Notes under the pieces: generated by a model
The model's database searches: none
What the model was told of the DNA's origin: nothing
Seen by the model: only the letters and a program-made list of their open reading frames with translations
Source: Candidatus Bathyarchaeota archaeon
GTDB lineage: Archaea; Thermoproteota; Bathyarchaeia; Bathyarchaeales; Bathycorpusculaceae
Assembly: GCA_963828195.1 (NCBI GenBank)
Contig: CAWHDT010000003.1
Location: 397,397-461,396, forward strand
Length of the DNA: 64,000 nucleotides
Direction: 5' to 3'
Shown: in pieces, positions 28,151 through 37,240 of the stretch
How positions within the stretch are numbered: position 1 is the first letter of the stretch
Layout of the letters: each line of letters starts with the position of its first letter
Position numbers and translations under genes: made by a program

Positions 28151-28948
28151 TTATGCTTGCGGTTTTCTCTTGTTCTCGATGATTTGAGCAAGTATGCTTA
28201 TTCCGATTTCTTCAGGAGTCTCTGCGCCGATATCTAGCCCCAATGGAGCATGTAGCCTCCGCAGTTGAGCATCGTTGATTCCTTGATCTCTGAGTCTCTG
28301 AGTAAGAATCGCGGTTTTCGTTCGGCTGCCTAACAAACCGACGTAGGCAGGTTTCTTATTCATCACGCTTTTTAATGCGGCATAATCATGTTCTGGTTCG
28401 CCGTGAGCAATGACTACAAAATCGTTAGAGTTTAAATCAAAAGTGTCCAAGACCTGCTTGAAGTCCCCTGTGACAATGTTTTCAGCCATCGGGAACTGTT
28501 CTTTGCTTGCTAGCTTGCGTTCGTCATCAACTATGACAACTTTGAAGCCGACAGTGCTGGCGAGCTTGGCAAGGGGCAGTGCAACGTGACCAACTCCAAC
28601 TATGATTAGTCTCGGAGTGGGCTCAATTACGTCTGTAAGAACGGTTAATTCTCCTCCACAGATCATTCCTGTCCCGACAGTTCCTTCTTTGGGGTCTTTA
28701 TTTAGGTTAAATGTGACTTTTCTTGACCTGCGCTGATTTATGGCTTTCAAGGACTCCTCAACTAATGCGCGCTCAACTTTGCCTCCGCCTATGGTGCCAT
28801 ACGTTGCGCCGTCTTCGCTGACAATCATCTTTGCTCCCACATCTCTGGGACCCGAACCTTTTTTCTCGACGACAGTACATAGAGCAAGACTTGTTCTTTT
28901 TTCAAGTAAGCGTGAGGCTTTATTTAAAATCTCTAAATCAGAAGGCAT
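28151..28948 (-). CDS. xdhC: XdhC/CoxF-family Moco insertion accessory protein
   Basis: GSGPR..GAKM..GTIGGG, GMICGG, YVGLLGS, LHAPLGLDIGAETPEEI. Confidence 0.92.
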   Translation of the reverse strand: MPSDLEILNKASRLLEKRTSLALCTVVEKKGSGPRDVGAKMIVSEDGATYGTIGGGKVERALVEESLKAINQRRSRKVTFNLNKDPKEGTVGTGMICGGELTVLTDVIEPTPRLIIVGVGHVALPLAKLASTVGFKVVIVDDERKLASKEQFPMAENIVTGDFKQVLDTFDLNSNDFVVIAHGEPEHDYAALKSVMNKKPAYVGLLGSRTKTAILTQRLRDQGINDAQLRRLHAPLGLDIGAETPEEIGISILAQIIENKRKPQA

Positions 28949-29004
28949 TCTAAGTCTAATAATATATAGTCCGAATATCAATTTTAGGCTTGCGTTTGGT
29001 TGCC

Positions 29005-31020
29005 TTACTTGATGAGTTCTTCAGGTTTAACTGGCGTGTGCCTTATGCGTTTGCCCGATGCTCTTTCAATGGCTCTAACAACAGCGAGGGGTACACCTAT
29101 CGTGGGGGCTTCACCTAAACCTTTGGCATGATGCGGCATCCAACTGGGGTTTTCAACTATAACGGTTGTGAATTTAGGAATGTTTTCCGCGACGGGTAAG
29201 CCCGCATCAAAAAGGTTTTTCGTTAGCAAGTTGCCCTCAGCGTCATGCACGACTTCTTCGTAGAGCACCTGACCGATGCCTTGTATGGTTCCGCCGATGA
29301 TTTGGCTCTCAACCATCTTTGGGTTAAGTGCCCTGCCTACGTCGTAGCTGCCCGCGACTTCTTTTACGTTAACCATGCCAAATTTGTCGATACCGACTGT
29401 TGCGAGAACCGCGCCAAAGGAGTTTAACTGGGCGTTTTGGTTTTCATAAACTTCCGATGAGTAATTGCCCTTCAGCAAGTTTGCCGTTATGTAGTTTCCT
29501 TCCTTGTTTTCTACTTGCTTCTTCAGTTTTTTGGCTGCGGCAACAATTGCTGCCCCAGCGACGACGGCGCTTCTGCTTCCCCAACTTCCCACGCCATCTT
29601 TAAGCATGCTGGTGTCGCCTCGGTTCAAAGTCACTATGTCTTCTGGGATGCCGAGTTCTTCTTTGAGCAGTTTCTTGACGAAAACATAGTGCTCCTGACC
29701 ATGCTGGTTACCTCCTAGCCACACGTTCACTTTGCCATCTTGAACATCTATCCTTGCAGATTCTCCGCCCCAAAGAGCGGAAAGCAAAACGAAAAATCCA
29801 AGCCCTGCTTTGTCTTTTTGCGATTTTTCCTTGTATTTTAAGTCTGAAACGGCTTTAGTGAAAAAAGGTCGAGATGCCTCAATTTCTATTCCAAGCGGGG
29901 ATTTGAAGTTCTCTGTTGTTGTATTTATGAGGCGGACTTCGTCAGCTTCCATTCCCAGTTCATCCGCCAGCAAATCCATCATGCGCTCCCTAAAGAAGGC
30001 GGCTTCAGGTCTGCCTGCGCCTCGGTAGGGACCCTGAGGAGGCTTGTTAGTCATAACAGCCCGTGCAAGCACATGTGCTTTTTCAATGCCGTACGGACCA
30101 GTCAACTGCATCCCTATGAAAAAAGGCGAGCTTGACCCAGCGGTTCCTCCAAAAGCTCCCGCATCAACCGTCACTTCGCCGCGCCAACCCGTCACCACCC
30201 CGTTTTTATCAGCGAAAATCTTCATTTTGCCGCGAACTCCTCTGCCAGGCTGGCTGGCGGCTAAGTGTTCACTGCGACTTTCGATCCATTTCACTGGGCG
30301 CTTGTATTTTATAGCCGCATACGCTGCCATGATGTATTCGGGGTAAAGGGCGCTTTTTGAACCGAACGCGCCGCCTGTGTCTGCTTGAATAACTTGCACT
30401 TTGGATTCATCTAGTTTGAGAAATGAAGCCAATCCTTCTTTAATGCTGAAAACCGCTTGGGTGGAAATGTAGACTGTTAGTTTGGAGCCGTCGTAATCTG
30501 CGATTAAGCCTCTGGGTTCTAAAGGGTTATTCACGATTCTTCCGATTGAAAACTCGTCCTCCAAGACAACTGAAGACTTTGGGTCTTCAAAATCTGTGCC
30601 CAGCCATCTTTGCATGATAATGTTTGATTTTGTTCCCGCATGCAGAGGCTCTCCCGAAAGTGATTCATCGATGGTCATCAATGGCTTTAGCTGTTCATAG
30701 TCTACTTCTACTTCATCGAGTTTATCTTCCGCTCCATAGCGGTCGTCATCAAACACCGCAGCTACAGGTTGACCTACATAGTTTACGGTGTCCTGTGCAA
30801 AAACGGGGTGCATCAAAGCGGGGTTTGTGGGTCCACCCCAGCCTTCTCCGCCACCTCCACCGGCGCCTTTTAAGTCATTGCGGTTCAAACCGCCTTTTAC
30901 GGAAAGAACCCGCGCCCGCGCATGAGGGCTCCTAGCAACAGCCATGTAAAGCATATTGGGCAGTTTTATGTCATCCACGTATTTTCCTGCGCCTCTAACC
31001 AACAATTTTGATTCGCTCAT
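29005..31020 (-). CDS. Xanthine-dehydrogenase-family Mo-binding large subunit (CoxL/CutL-like aldehyde oxidoreductase)
   Basis: YVDDIKLPNML, GGAFGSK, PYRGAGRPE, QHGQ, KGLGE. Confidence 0.9.
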   Translation of the reverse strand: MSESKLLVRGAGKYVDDIKLPNMLYMAVARSPHARARVLSVKGGLNRNDLKGAGGGGGEGWGGPTNPALMHPVFAQDTVNYVGQPVAAVFDDDRYGAEDKLDEVEVDYEQLKPLMTIDESLSGEPLHAGTKSNIIMQRWLGTDFEDPKSSVVLEDEFSIGRIVNNPLEPRGLIADYDGSKLTVYISTQAVFSIKEGLASFLKLDESKVQVIQADTGGAFGSKSALYPEYIMAAYAAIKYKRPVKWIESRSEHLAASQPGRGVRGKMKIFADKNGVVTGWRGEVTVDAGAFGGTAGSSSPFFIGMQLTGPYGIEKAHVLARAVMTNKPPQGPYRGAGRPEAAFFRERMMDLLADELGMEADEVRLINTTTENFKSPLGIEIEASRPFFTKAVSDLKYKEKSQKDKAGLGFFVLLSALWGGESARIDVQDGKVNVWLGGNQHGQEHYVFVKKLLKEELGIPEDIVTLNRGDTSMLKDGVGSWGSRSAVVAGAAIVAAAKKLKKQVENKEGNYITANLLKGNYSSEVYENQNAQLNSFGAVLATVGIDKFGMVNVKEVAGSYDVGRALNPKMVESQIIGGTIQGIGQVLYEEVVHDAEGNLLTKNLFDAGLPVAENIPKFTTVIVENPSWMPHHAKGLGEAPTIGVPLAVVRAIERASGKRIRHTPVKPEELIK

Positions 31021-31508
31021 TCAGTGTTACCAGCCTTGTTTTTCATCGGGTCTTTAGCCTCTTTGACGGCTTCCACAATTCCCCGGTAACCCGTACATCG
31101 GCATAAGTTGCCCGAAAGCATCCTCTTTATTTCTTCATCGCTCAAATCTCTGTTTTGGCTCAGCATCCAGTAAGACGTCATTATCATTCCCGGCGTGCAA
31201 AAACCGCATTGCAACCCCTGCTTTTCTATAAACGCCTTCTGCAAAGGATGCAGATCGCCCTCTTTTGCCAATCCTTCAATAGTGAGTATTTCCTTGCCGT
31301 TTGCCTGAACGCCGAGCATCGTGCAAGATTTAACTGCTTTACCATCCACCAAAACCGTGCATGCACCACAATTCGTCGTGTCGCAGCCCTGATGTGTGCC
31401 TGTAAGCCCCAGGTCTTCTCTAAGTACACTTACAAGTAGCCGTCTTGGCTCTAATTCAAGCTCAACAGGTTTCCCATTAACCTTAAAACATGTTTTAACT
31501 TTTTTCAT
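31017..31508 (-). CDS. 2Fe-2S small subunit (CoxS/CutS-like)
   Basis: GCDTTNCGAC, QCGFCTPG, NLCRCTGY. Confidence 0.95.
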   Translation of the reverse strand: MKKVKTCFKVNGKPVELELEPRRLLVSVLREDLGLTGTHQGCDTTNCGACTVLVDGKAVKSCTMLGVQANGKEILTIEGLAKEGDLHPLQKAFIEKQGLQCGFCTPGMIMTSYWMLSQNRDLSDEEIKRMLSGNLCRCTGYRGIVEAVKEAKDPMKNKAGNTE

Positions 31509-32382
31509 AGCTGCCCATCACCGCTCTTTTATACGCTGATTCCACCGCGTCTTTCACTAGGATACCTAAAACTTTGCGCCGATACTCTGCCGACGCAGTA
31601 ATATCCGTAATCGGCTTTGAGGCTTCCACAGCCAATACAGCAACGTTATCCAACACAGTCTCCTGACACGTCTTTCCCACTAAGGCCTGTTCAGCTTTTT
31701 CAGCCCTCAACGGCTTCGGACCGACAGAAGTCATTGCGATTCGGCACTGAGAAACCGTGTTATCATCCGCAACTGAAACGTGTGCTGCGGCACCCGCTAT
31801 TGCGAAACCGCCGGAGCCCTTCTTGACTTTGCAGTAAGCGCTCCCAACGCGGCCTTCATGCAGGGGTATTTGGATTTCAGCCAGAACCTCATCAGGCTTT
31901 ATAGCGGTTTTGAATTTGTCTAAAAAAAATGGATCTGACTGGATAATTCGGGTTCCCTGTTTACCCGCAATCGCGAATAACGCGTTTAACGCAAGCATCG
32001 TTGCAGGCAGATCATTTGCAGGAGATCCAAGACATAAGTCGCCTCCGACCGTGCCCAGGTTCCTGACTAAGGGGTCAGCGATTCCTGATGCGGTCTCGGT
32101 GAGAATCGGCAGTAGCGCAGCAATCTCAGAGTCATTTTCTATGGTGCTCATGGTTGTTAATGCACCGATTTTAAGCATGTTTTCTTCTTTGCGAATATAA
32201 TTGAGCTCTTTGATGCCAGTTATATCAACCACGTTTTTTGGAGAAAGAGTCCTCAGCTTCAAAGCAGGTATCAGGCTTTGACCGCCAGCCAAAATTTTTG
32301 TTTCGGGTCCGAGGGTTTGAAGAAGTTGCAACGCGTCGGAGAGATTTTTCGGCGAAAAATAATCGAAAGGTCGAGGAAACAT
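31495..32382 (-). CDS. FAD-binding medium subunit (CoxM/CutM-like)
   Basis: MFPRPFDY, LAGGQSLIP, VRNLGTVGG. Confidence 0.93.
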   Translation of the reverse strand: MFPRPFDYFSPKNLSDALQLLQTLGPETKILAGGQSLIPALKLRTLSPKNVVDITGIKELNYIRKEENMLKIGALTTMSTIENDSEIAALLPILTETASGIADPLVRNLGTVGGDLCLGSPANDLPATMLALNALFAIAGKQGTRIIQSDPFFLDKFKTAIKPDEVLAEIQIPLHEGRVGSAYCKVKKGSGGFAIAGAAAHVSVADDNTVSQCRIAMTSVGPKPLRAEKAEQALVGKTCQETVLDNVAVLAVEASKPITDITASAEYRRKVLGILVKDAVESAYKRAVMGSYEKS

Positions 32383-32419
32383 AAAAAGACCACATTTAAA
32401 CAAGTAGTTTGTAAAATAT

Positions 32420-32440
32420 AAACCATAGTTGTAATGGTTT
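32420..32440. promoter_or_regulatory. Palindromic operator candidate overlapping the TATA box of the Mo-enzyme operon
   Basis: AAACCAT-N7-ATGGTTT. Minus-strand TTTATA at 32422-32417, about 35 nt before the ATG at 32382. Confidence 0.45.
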
Positions 32441-32547
32441 GATTCGTTTTGTGAAACAACTTAACAGGTTAGCATCACTTCTATGGAAGTCTCCAAGGAA
32501 AAATTGGCGCGAATCAAGAAACTAAAATGTCAGGGTTTCTTCAATTA

Positions 32548-33018
32548 TTAGCTTGGGGTTGAAGGTTCCACGATTAAAATCGTTTCCATATTCTGCATTT
32601 TAGGCAGGTTCCTCTTGATCCGAGCAATTATGTCCTTTAAGTTAGAAAACGTATCGGCTTTCACCTTAACGATTATGTCGTAGGCGCCATGAACTGAGAA
32701 AGCTTCCAGCACTCCTTCGGCGTTGTTTTTGTCCAATGTGTTCATTGCTCGAATAAATGTTGCATTAACGTCGTTAAAACATTGGCTTCGGTATTCTTGA
32801 CCTTCAACTTTTGATTTTGAGAATTCCTCTTTTATACATGTTCTCAAGTCTAAATCAATTTGGTCAATTTCGTAAAAGGATACTGTTGGGCTTTTCATAA
32901 CCTGATACATGTACGCCTTCATAGAGTTTGCTGTCCTGGCAAGTTTGTCCAGCCTAAATAAGTGTATTTTATATGAATTGCGTCTATAAGCTAAGTCCAC
33001 TCTCTCTTTATCGGACAT
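32548..33018 (-). CDS. Protein with C-terminal Lrp/AsnC ligand-binding (RAM) domain and unrelated N-terminus
   Basis: EGVLEAFSVHGAYDIIVKVKADT. No HTH recognisable. Confidence 0.6.
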   Translation of the reverse strand: MSDKERVDLAYRRNSYKIHLFRLDKLARTANSMKAYMYQVMKSPTVSFYEIDQIDLDLRTCIKEEFSKSKVEGQEYRSQCFNDVNATFIRAMNTLDKNNAEGVLEAFSVHGAYDIIVKVKADTFSNLKDIIARIKRNLPKMQNMETILIVEPSTPS

Positions 33019-33238
33019 GATATTCAGTCAAGTTATTGATTAACTCAGAAATTAGCGTTTCCATATATTAGTCTGTCATGCTTTGTTCCTTCGGTGGAAC
33101 ATCATATAGCGTGCGCGGAAGAAGTTTTTATTATTTATTCTTTGTTGGCTTCCTTCCTAACCTTATCTGCGCGCGCGACAATCACAGACGCAAGATTTAA
33201 GTCGAATTCATGTTTCAAATATCAATGGGGCGACTATT

Positions 33239-33826
33239 GTGAATAAAGTTCACGTATGGACATGTGATGAACATGGGGGATTTGAGCTGTTTGCAGATAT
33301 GGGAGAAAAAACGTATTGCATAAAATGCGGCAAAGCTATGAAATATCAAGGCAGCTATGAAGAGTCCGTTGAGGTTGAGACAACTCCCGAGTTAAATGAG
33401 CATAAAACACGTAGGCAATTATTGACATACCCAATCAAGGACGTTGTGAATGAATCTGCTAAATCAAGCAGGTTGGATATGATTCCTGAAGCTCAAGAAG
33501 TAATATTAATGATTTTAGAAACAGGCAACCTCAAGAATTTCATGAGAATGGATGGTTTGCCATTAAGTTACGTTGATGATGATAAAAAGCGTCTTCTTGT
33601 GGACTCTATATCCAGACGAGCCAAGTATGAATATTTGCTTTATAAGGTTGTAGCAGAACGTCACAGAGGAATTTTGCCCAAAGAGGTTATCTGGGATAAA
33701 AAAGAATTAGCTTGGGACTCCGAATATGTTGTCACTGAAACTATACCAAAAGGAATAGAAGTTCAGATTACAGAGAAAACAAAGATAATTTGTCTGTTGA
33801 AAGACCTTCTCGAGCAATATCATTGA
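33239..33826 (+). CDS. Hypothetical protein with N-terminal Zn-ribbon
   Basis: CDEH...CIKCG. Confidence 0.6.
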   Translation: MNKVHVWTCDEHGGFELFADMGEKTYCIKCGKAMKYQGSYEESVEVETTPELNEHKTRRQLLTYPIKDVVNESAKSSRLDMIPEAQEVILMILETGNLKNFMRMDGLPLSYVDDDKKRLLVDSISRRAKYEYLLYKVVAERHRGILPKEVIWDKKELAWDSEYVVTETIPKGIEVQITEKTKIICLLKDLLEQYH

Positions 33827-33913
33827 ATTATAAAAGCGCATGCTTTTTCAAAAAGTTAGAACCAAAAAGTAAACCTTATTACACACGTGTCGTATACATA
33901 TTGGCATGTGTAG

Positions 33914-34516
33914 TTGAAGGATGTGCTTAATGTGGTAAACTTTACAGTATCCATATCCGAAGACCTCAAAGCTGAGATGGATAAGTTTCCAGATGTAAAT
34001 TGGTCCGAGCTAACACGAAAAAGCATTCAAGTTTATTTACAGAGCAGGAAAAATCCGTTCCCTCCATTAGAATTTGAAATGAAGGAGGCGCACATGGTCT
34101 ATGATGATGATTTAAGGAGACCATTAATGTCTGTGTTACTTAAGGGAACAAGTAAATTGGATTCGGAACTTGTTATCGACAGAATACTCTTCAAGGTTGA
34201 ATTCAATAAAGAGTATGGAAGAGGAAAACTGGAAGGTGCCTTCACTGGACAGTTTTTGGAATATCAATCGGTAAGAGGGCAAGGCGAATCTAACATCAAG
34301 ATTACTTTCTATCCTGAAGTTGATATGCTGCGGTGCCTAAATGAAAAACTTGATGCAACATTCTGGGTTTATGTAACACTGACTGTCTTTGTTCAAGGCT
34401 TTGTGTGTCCTCAGATTAAAGTCGTGCCAATAAAAGTTCCAATTGACGAGTGGAAGAGCCAAGTAGAGTCATCGTTGAATAAGTATGATGCAGATTGGAA
34501 CCACATTCGTACGTGA
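33914..34516 (+). CDS. Ribbon-helix-helix (CopG-like) N-terminal domain protein
   Basis: NFTVSISEDLKAEMDKFPDVNWSELTRKSI. Confidence 0.65.
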   Translation: MKDVLNVVNFTVSISEDLKAEMDKFPDVNWSELTRKSIQVYLQSRKNPFPPLEFEMKEAHMVYDDDLRRPLMSVLLKGTSKLDSELVIDRILFKVEFNKEYGRGKLEGAFTGQFLEYQSVRGQGESNIKITFYPEVDMLRCLNEKLDATFWVYVTLTVFVQGFVCPQIKVVPIKVPIDEWKSQVESSLNKYDADWNHIRT

Positions 34517-34548
34517 TAGCGTAGAAAAGGCGTTTTTCTCACCAAAAG

Positions 34549-34911
34549 GTGTACTTAAATTTTGTCAGCGTCCGAAGGAGGTTAGGTAGAATGACCAAAG
34601 AAATTGTGCCTAAACTTAAAGCGCTCACTCAAAGTATTGACAAAATGATGGAAGATGTTCAACTGATGCTGGGTTTAAGTCAAAAGGAAGTAGCCCATCT
34701 CCTTTTGTTGTTAGAAAAGGCGGATTTCGGTCACCTGGCTTTTTTTCGAGGAAACATATACTTAAGGTTTCAAAAAGAAGACCCTTTGGAAAAATACAGT
34801 AGAATTACTCTGATAGTTGAGATAGTAGATAGTGATATTCCGAATAGAACGGAGTACACTATCCCACGAGGTTTTATACGCTTAGCTAAAAGGAAAAATC
34901 TGGACCCGTAG
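34549..34911 (+). CDS. Hypothetical protein
   Basis: ORF with SD-like GGAGG/AGGT before the ATG at 34591, the likely start. Confidence 0.5.
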   Translation: MYLNFVSVRRRLGRMTKEIVPKLKALTQSIDKMMEDVQLMLGLSQKEVAHLLLLLEKADFGHLAFFRGNIYLRFQKEDPLEKYSRITLIVEIVDSDIPNRTEYTIPRGFIRLAKRKNLDP

Positions 34912-35111
34912 CCCAGAAAATTATTAAGTCAGCTTCTTGGACTTGGGTAACTTTTCTACGAGTGCAAAACTTAAACTAAATTTGTAAACACGTATTTTTT
35001 TCTACTAAACGTGAAATTAAAAAAAGTTAACCGCCTTGGATGAACCACTAGGCGTTTTGATGCAGGTTTAAATGTCTTGCCTAGTAATCATTTTACTGGT
35101 GCAACCCTCAA

Positions 35112-35930
35112 GTGTCTTATCACTTTAACATCCCGTATCGAAGCAACGCCAAACTTAAGGCGGTTATGGAAAGAATAAAAGAAGACAAGAAGCTTCAGAC
35201 CTACTGGAAATGCGCCAACGTCATGGCTATAGAGCGCATGGGCTACACTGACCATGGTCCAACACACGTTAAAATCGTAGCGAACCTCGGGTTGAAGATT
35301 CTGCGGATTATGGTTGAGAAAAAACTCATAACACCCAGCATAGTGGAGAATTACGATATGCAAAACGATGATGCGGAAGTTGTTGTTGTTTTAGGCGCAA
35401 TCTTCCACGATTTAGGCATGATAGTTCAAAGGCATAACCACGAGAAATACGGCGCATTCTTGGCTCTGCAATTTCTGGAGAAATGCCTTCCGCCAACCTA
35501 CAATGAAGAACAAATAGCAATAATGACTTCGGAGGTTCTCCACGCAATCGTAACCCATGAAGAACCCCACAACAATGAACCCCAACATAGCCGAATACTG
35601 ACGAAAGAGGCGGGCATAGTCGGCATCGCTGACGCCTTGGACATGGAGGCGGGAAGAGCCCGGATTCCTTTTCAAGCTGGAAAAGTGGACATCCACGCGG
35701 TCTCAGCACTCTCTATCGAAAAAGTTGAAGTGGAATGCGCTGAAACAACTGAGCATGGAGAAAAACCAATAAACATAAAAATCAAAATGTCAAATTCAGC
35801 AGGCGTATTCCAAATTGACGAACTCTTAAAGCCGAGAATCATAAACTCAGGGCTAGAACAATTCTTCCACGTAATCGCCGAAATCACGGGAGAAAAAGAA
35901 AACAGAATAATCGAAAAATTCGAAATCTAA
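35112..35930 (+). CDS. HD-domain phosphohydrolase (COG3294-like)
   Basis: DHGPTH, FHDLG, HE, ADALDM. Confidence 0.9.
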   Translation: MSYHFNIPYRSNAKLKAVMERIKEDKKLQTYWKCANVMAIERMGYTDHGPTHVKIVANLGLKILRIMVEKKLITPSIVENYDMQNDDAEVVVVLGAIFHDLGMIVQRHNHEKYGAFLALQFLEKCLPPTYNEEQIAIMTSEVLHAIVTHEEPHNNEPQHSRILTKEAGIVGIADALDMEAGRARIPFQAGKVDIHAVSALSIEKVEVECAETTEHGEKPINIKIKMSNSAGVFQIDELLKPRIINSGLEQFFHVIAEITGEKENRIIEKFEI

Positions 35931-36060
35931 ACTTTTTGCACTCAAAACGCTGACAATTCAGCTGATGACTGGCACTGAGCCGAAACTCAGTCGGGGATCC
36001 AATTGTATAAACCTGTTATGCTGATGGTCGGTTTGTTGATAATTCTCATTTTGTTTTTTA

Positions 36061-36294
36061 TAGAAACCCTGATTGAGCTTTAAATCAAAAAATCAAACTA
36101 TAACAAGCCCCGAAGCCGACCTACCTATAGCCCTGCCTGCTATTTGCGCCAAAAAACCGCTGCAAAAAGAAACTGGGCGGAAGAAGAAGAAAAACGCTTT
36201 CACAGAGCTTCTTCTTCTTTTAAAATATTGCCAAGAAGAACAACATTTGAATTTACGGTGTTGTTGTTCTTTAAAAAATTATCCTGCTGTGCCG
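36061..36294 (-). repeat. Dispersed ~235-bp structured non-coding element, copy 1
   Basis: Reverse complement aligns by eye with 42753-42993. Confidence 0.88.
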
Positions 36295-36313
36295 AAGGTC
36301 GAATGCTGAAGCA

Positions 36314-37114
36314 TTATTTTCCGAAGCGACGTTTGCGGTACTGGAATGTTCGGATGGCTCGCAGCAAGTCGATAAGGCGAAAATCAGGCCAGTAAACATC
36401 GAGGAAAAGAAGTTCGCTGTAGGCGGCTTGCCAAAGCAGGAACCCGCTTAATCGTTCTTCTCCTGAGGTGCGTATAATCATGTCTGGGTCTTGTTTATCC
36501 ATGTGAGATGTGTAGAGGTACTTTTCAAAAGTGCTCTCTGTCACTTCATCTACGTCCAGCGCGCCGCTCTTGACTTCCTGAGCAATCTTTTTAGTTGCAT
36601 CCACGATTTCTGCTCTGCCGCCATAAGCAAACGCGAAGTTCCAGAAGTAACAGTCATAATTCGCCGTTGCCGCTTCCAGCTCTGCGATAGTTTCCTGTAA
36701 ACTTTTAGGAAGAAGGTTAGTTCTGCCGAGAACTTTGACGTGGATCTTATCCCGATGCAACCGTTCATCATGCAGCAGTTTTCGGAATCTTTCTTCAGCA
36801 ACCTGCATGATTTTTTCGATTTCGTCTGAATGCCTGGAAAAATTCTCAGTTGAAAACGTGTAAAGTGTGACGTACTTGACGTCGATCATGTGGGTCCAAT
36901 CTAAAAGCAGCTCAACCGTGTCAGCGCCGTTCTGATGGCCCCATTTATCCTGCAGCAAAAACGGGTGGCTTTCCTTTTCGTTTGCCGCCCATCGCCTGTT
37001 TCCGTCTAAAATTATCGCGACGTGTTCAGGTTTTACTCCGCCTTTAACCTGCTGCCAAAGCCATTTCTCATACAGCTTATATGCGCCGATGACAGAAAGC
37101 ATCTTTTTAAGCAC
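36314..37114 (-). CDS. uppS: cis-prenyltransferase (polyprenyl diphosphate synthase)
   Basis: HVAIILDGNRRWA, FSTENF, YGGR, IRTSGEERLSGFLLWQ. Confidence 0.96.
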   Translation of the reverse strand: MLKKMLSVIGAYKLYEKWLWQQVKGGVKPEHVAIILDGNRRWAANEKESHPFLLQDKWGHQNGADTVELLLDWTHMIDVKYVTLYTFSTENFSRHSDEIEKIMQVAEERFRKLLHDERLHRDKIHVKVLGRTNLLPKSLQETIAELEAATANYDCYFWNFAFAYGGRAEIVDATKKIAQEVKSGALDVDEVTESTFEKYLYTSHMDKQDPDMIIRTSGEERLSGFLLWQAAYSELLFLDVYWPDFRLIDLLRAIRTFQYRKRRFGK

Positions 37115-37240
37115 TAAACGTGACCTCGCATGTTAAACAATTCTTGAAAGGTTTTTCTCTTCGACTTTGCGTTATACTTAAGCTTTGCCAGTTTCAATTA
37201 AATCTTGCCCTAATTCCACCTTAAAAGTCGGGAACAAATT

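Noticed and set aside
29005-31020. Aerobic CO dehydrogenase (form I)
   Set aside because: Lacks the Cu-binding AYxCSFR motif.
35945-35990. Hammerhead ribozyme (CTGATGA..GAAA) or fluoride riboswitch 3' half
   Set aside because: Stem II does not close directly after CTGATGA and stems I and III are absent. The riboswitch 5' GGxGATG/pseudoknot half is missing.
36073-36395. Short ORFs over the dispersed element (also 42698-42907)
   Set aside because: Frames are not preserved between the two copies, and the K/E/L runs derive from (AAG)n stems.
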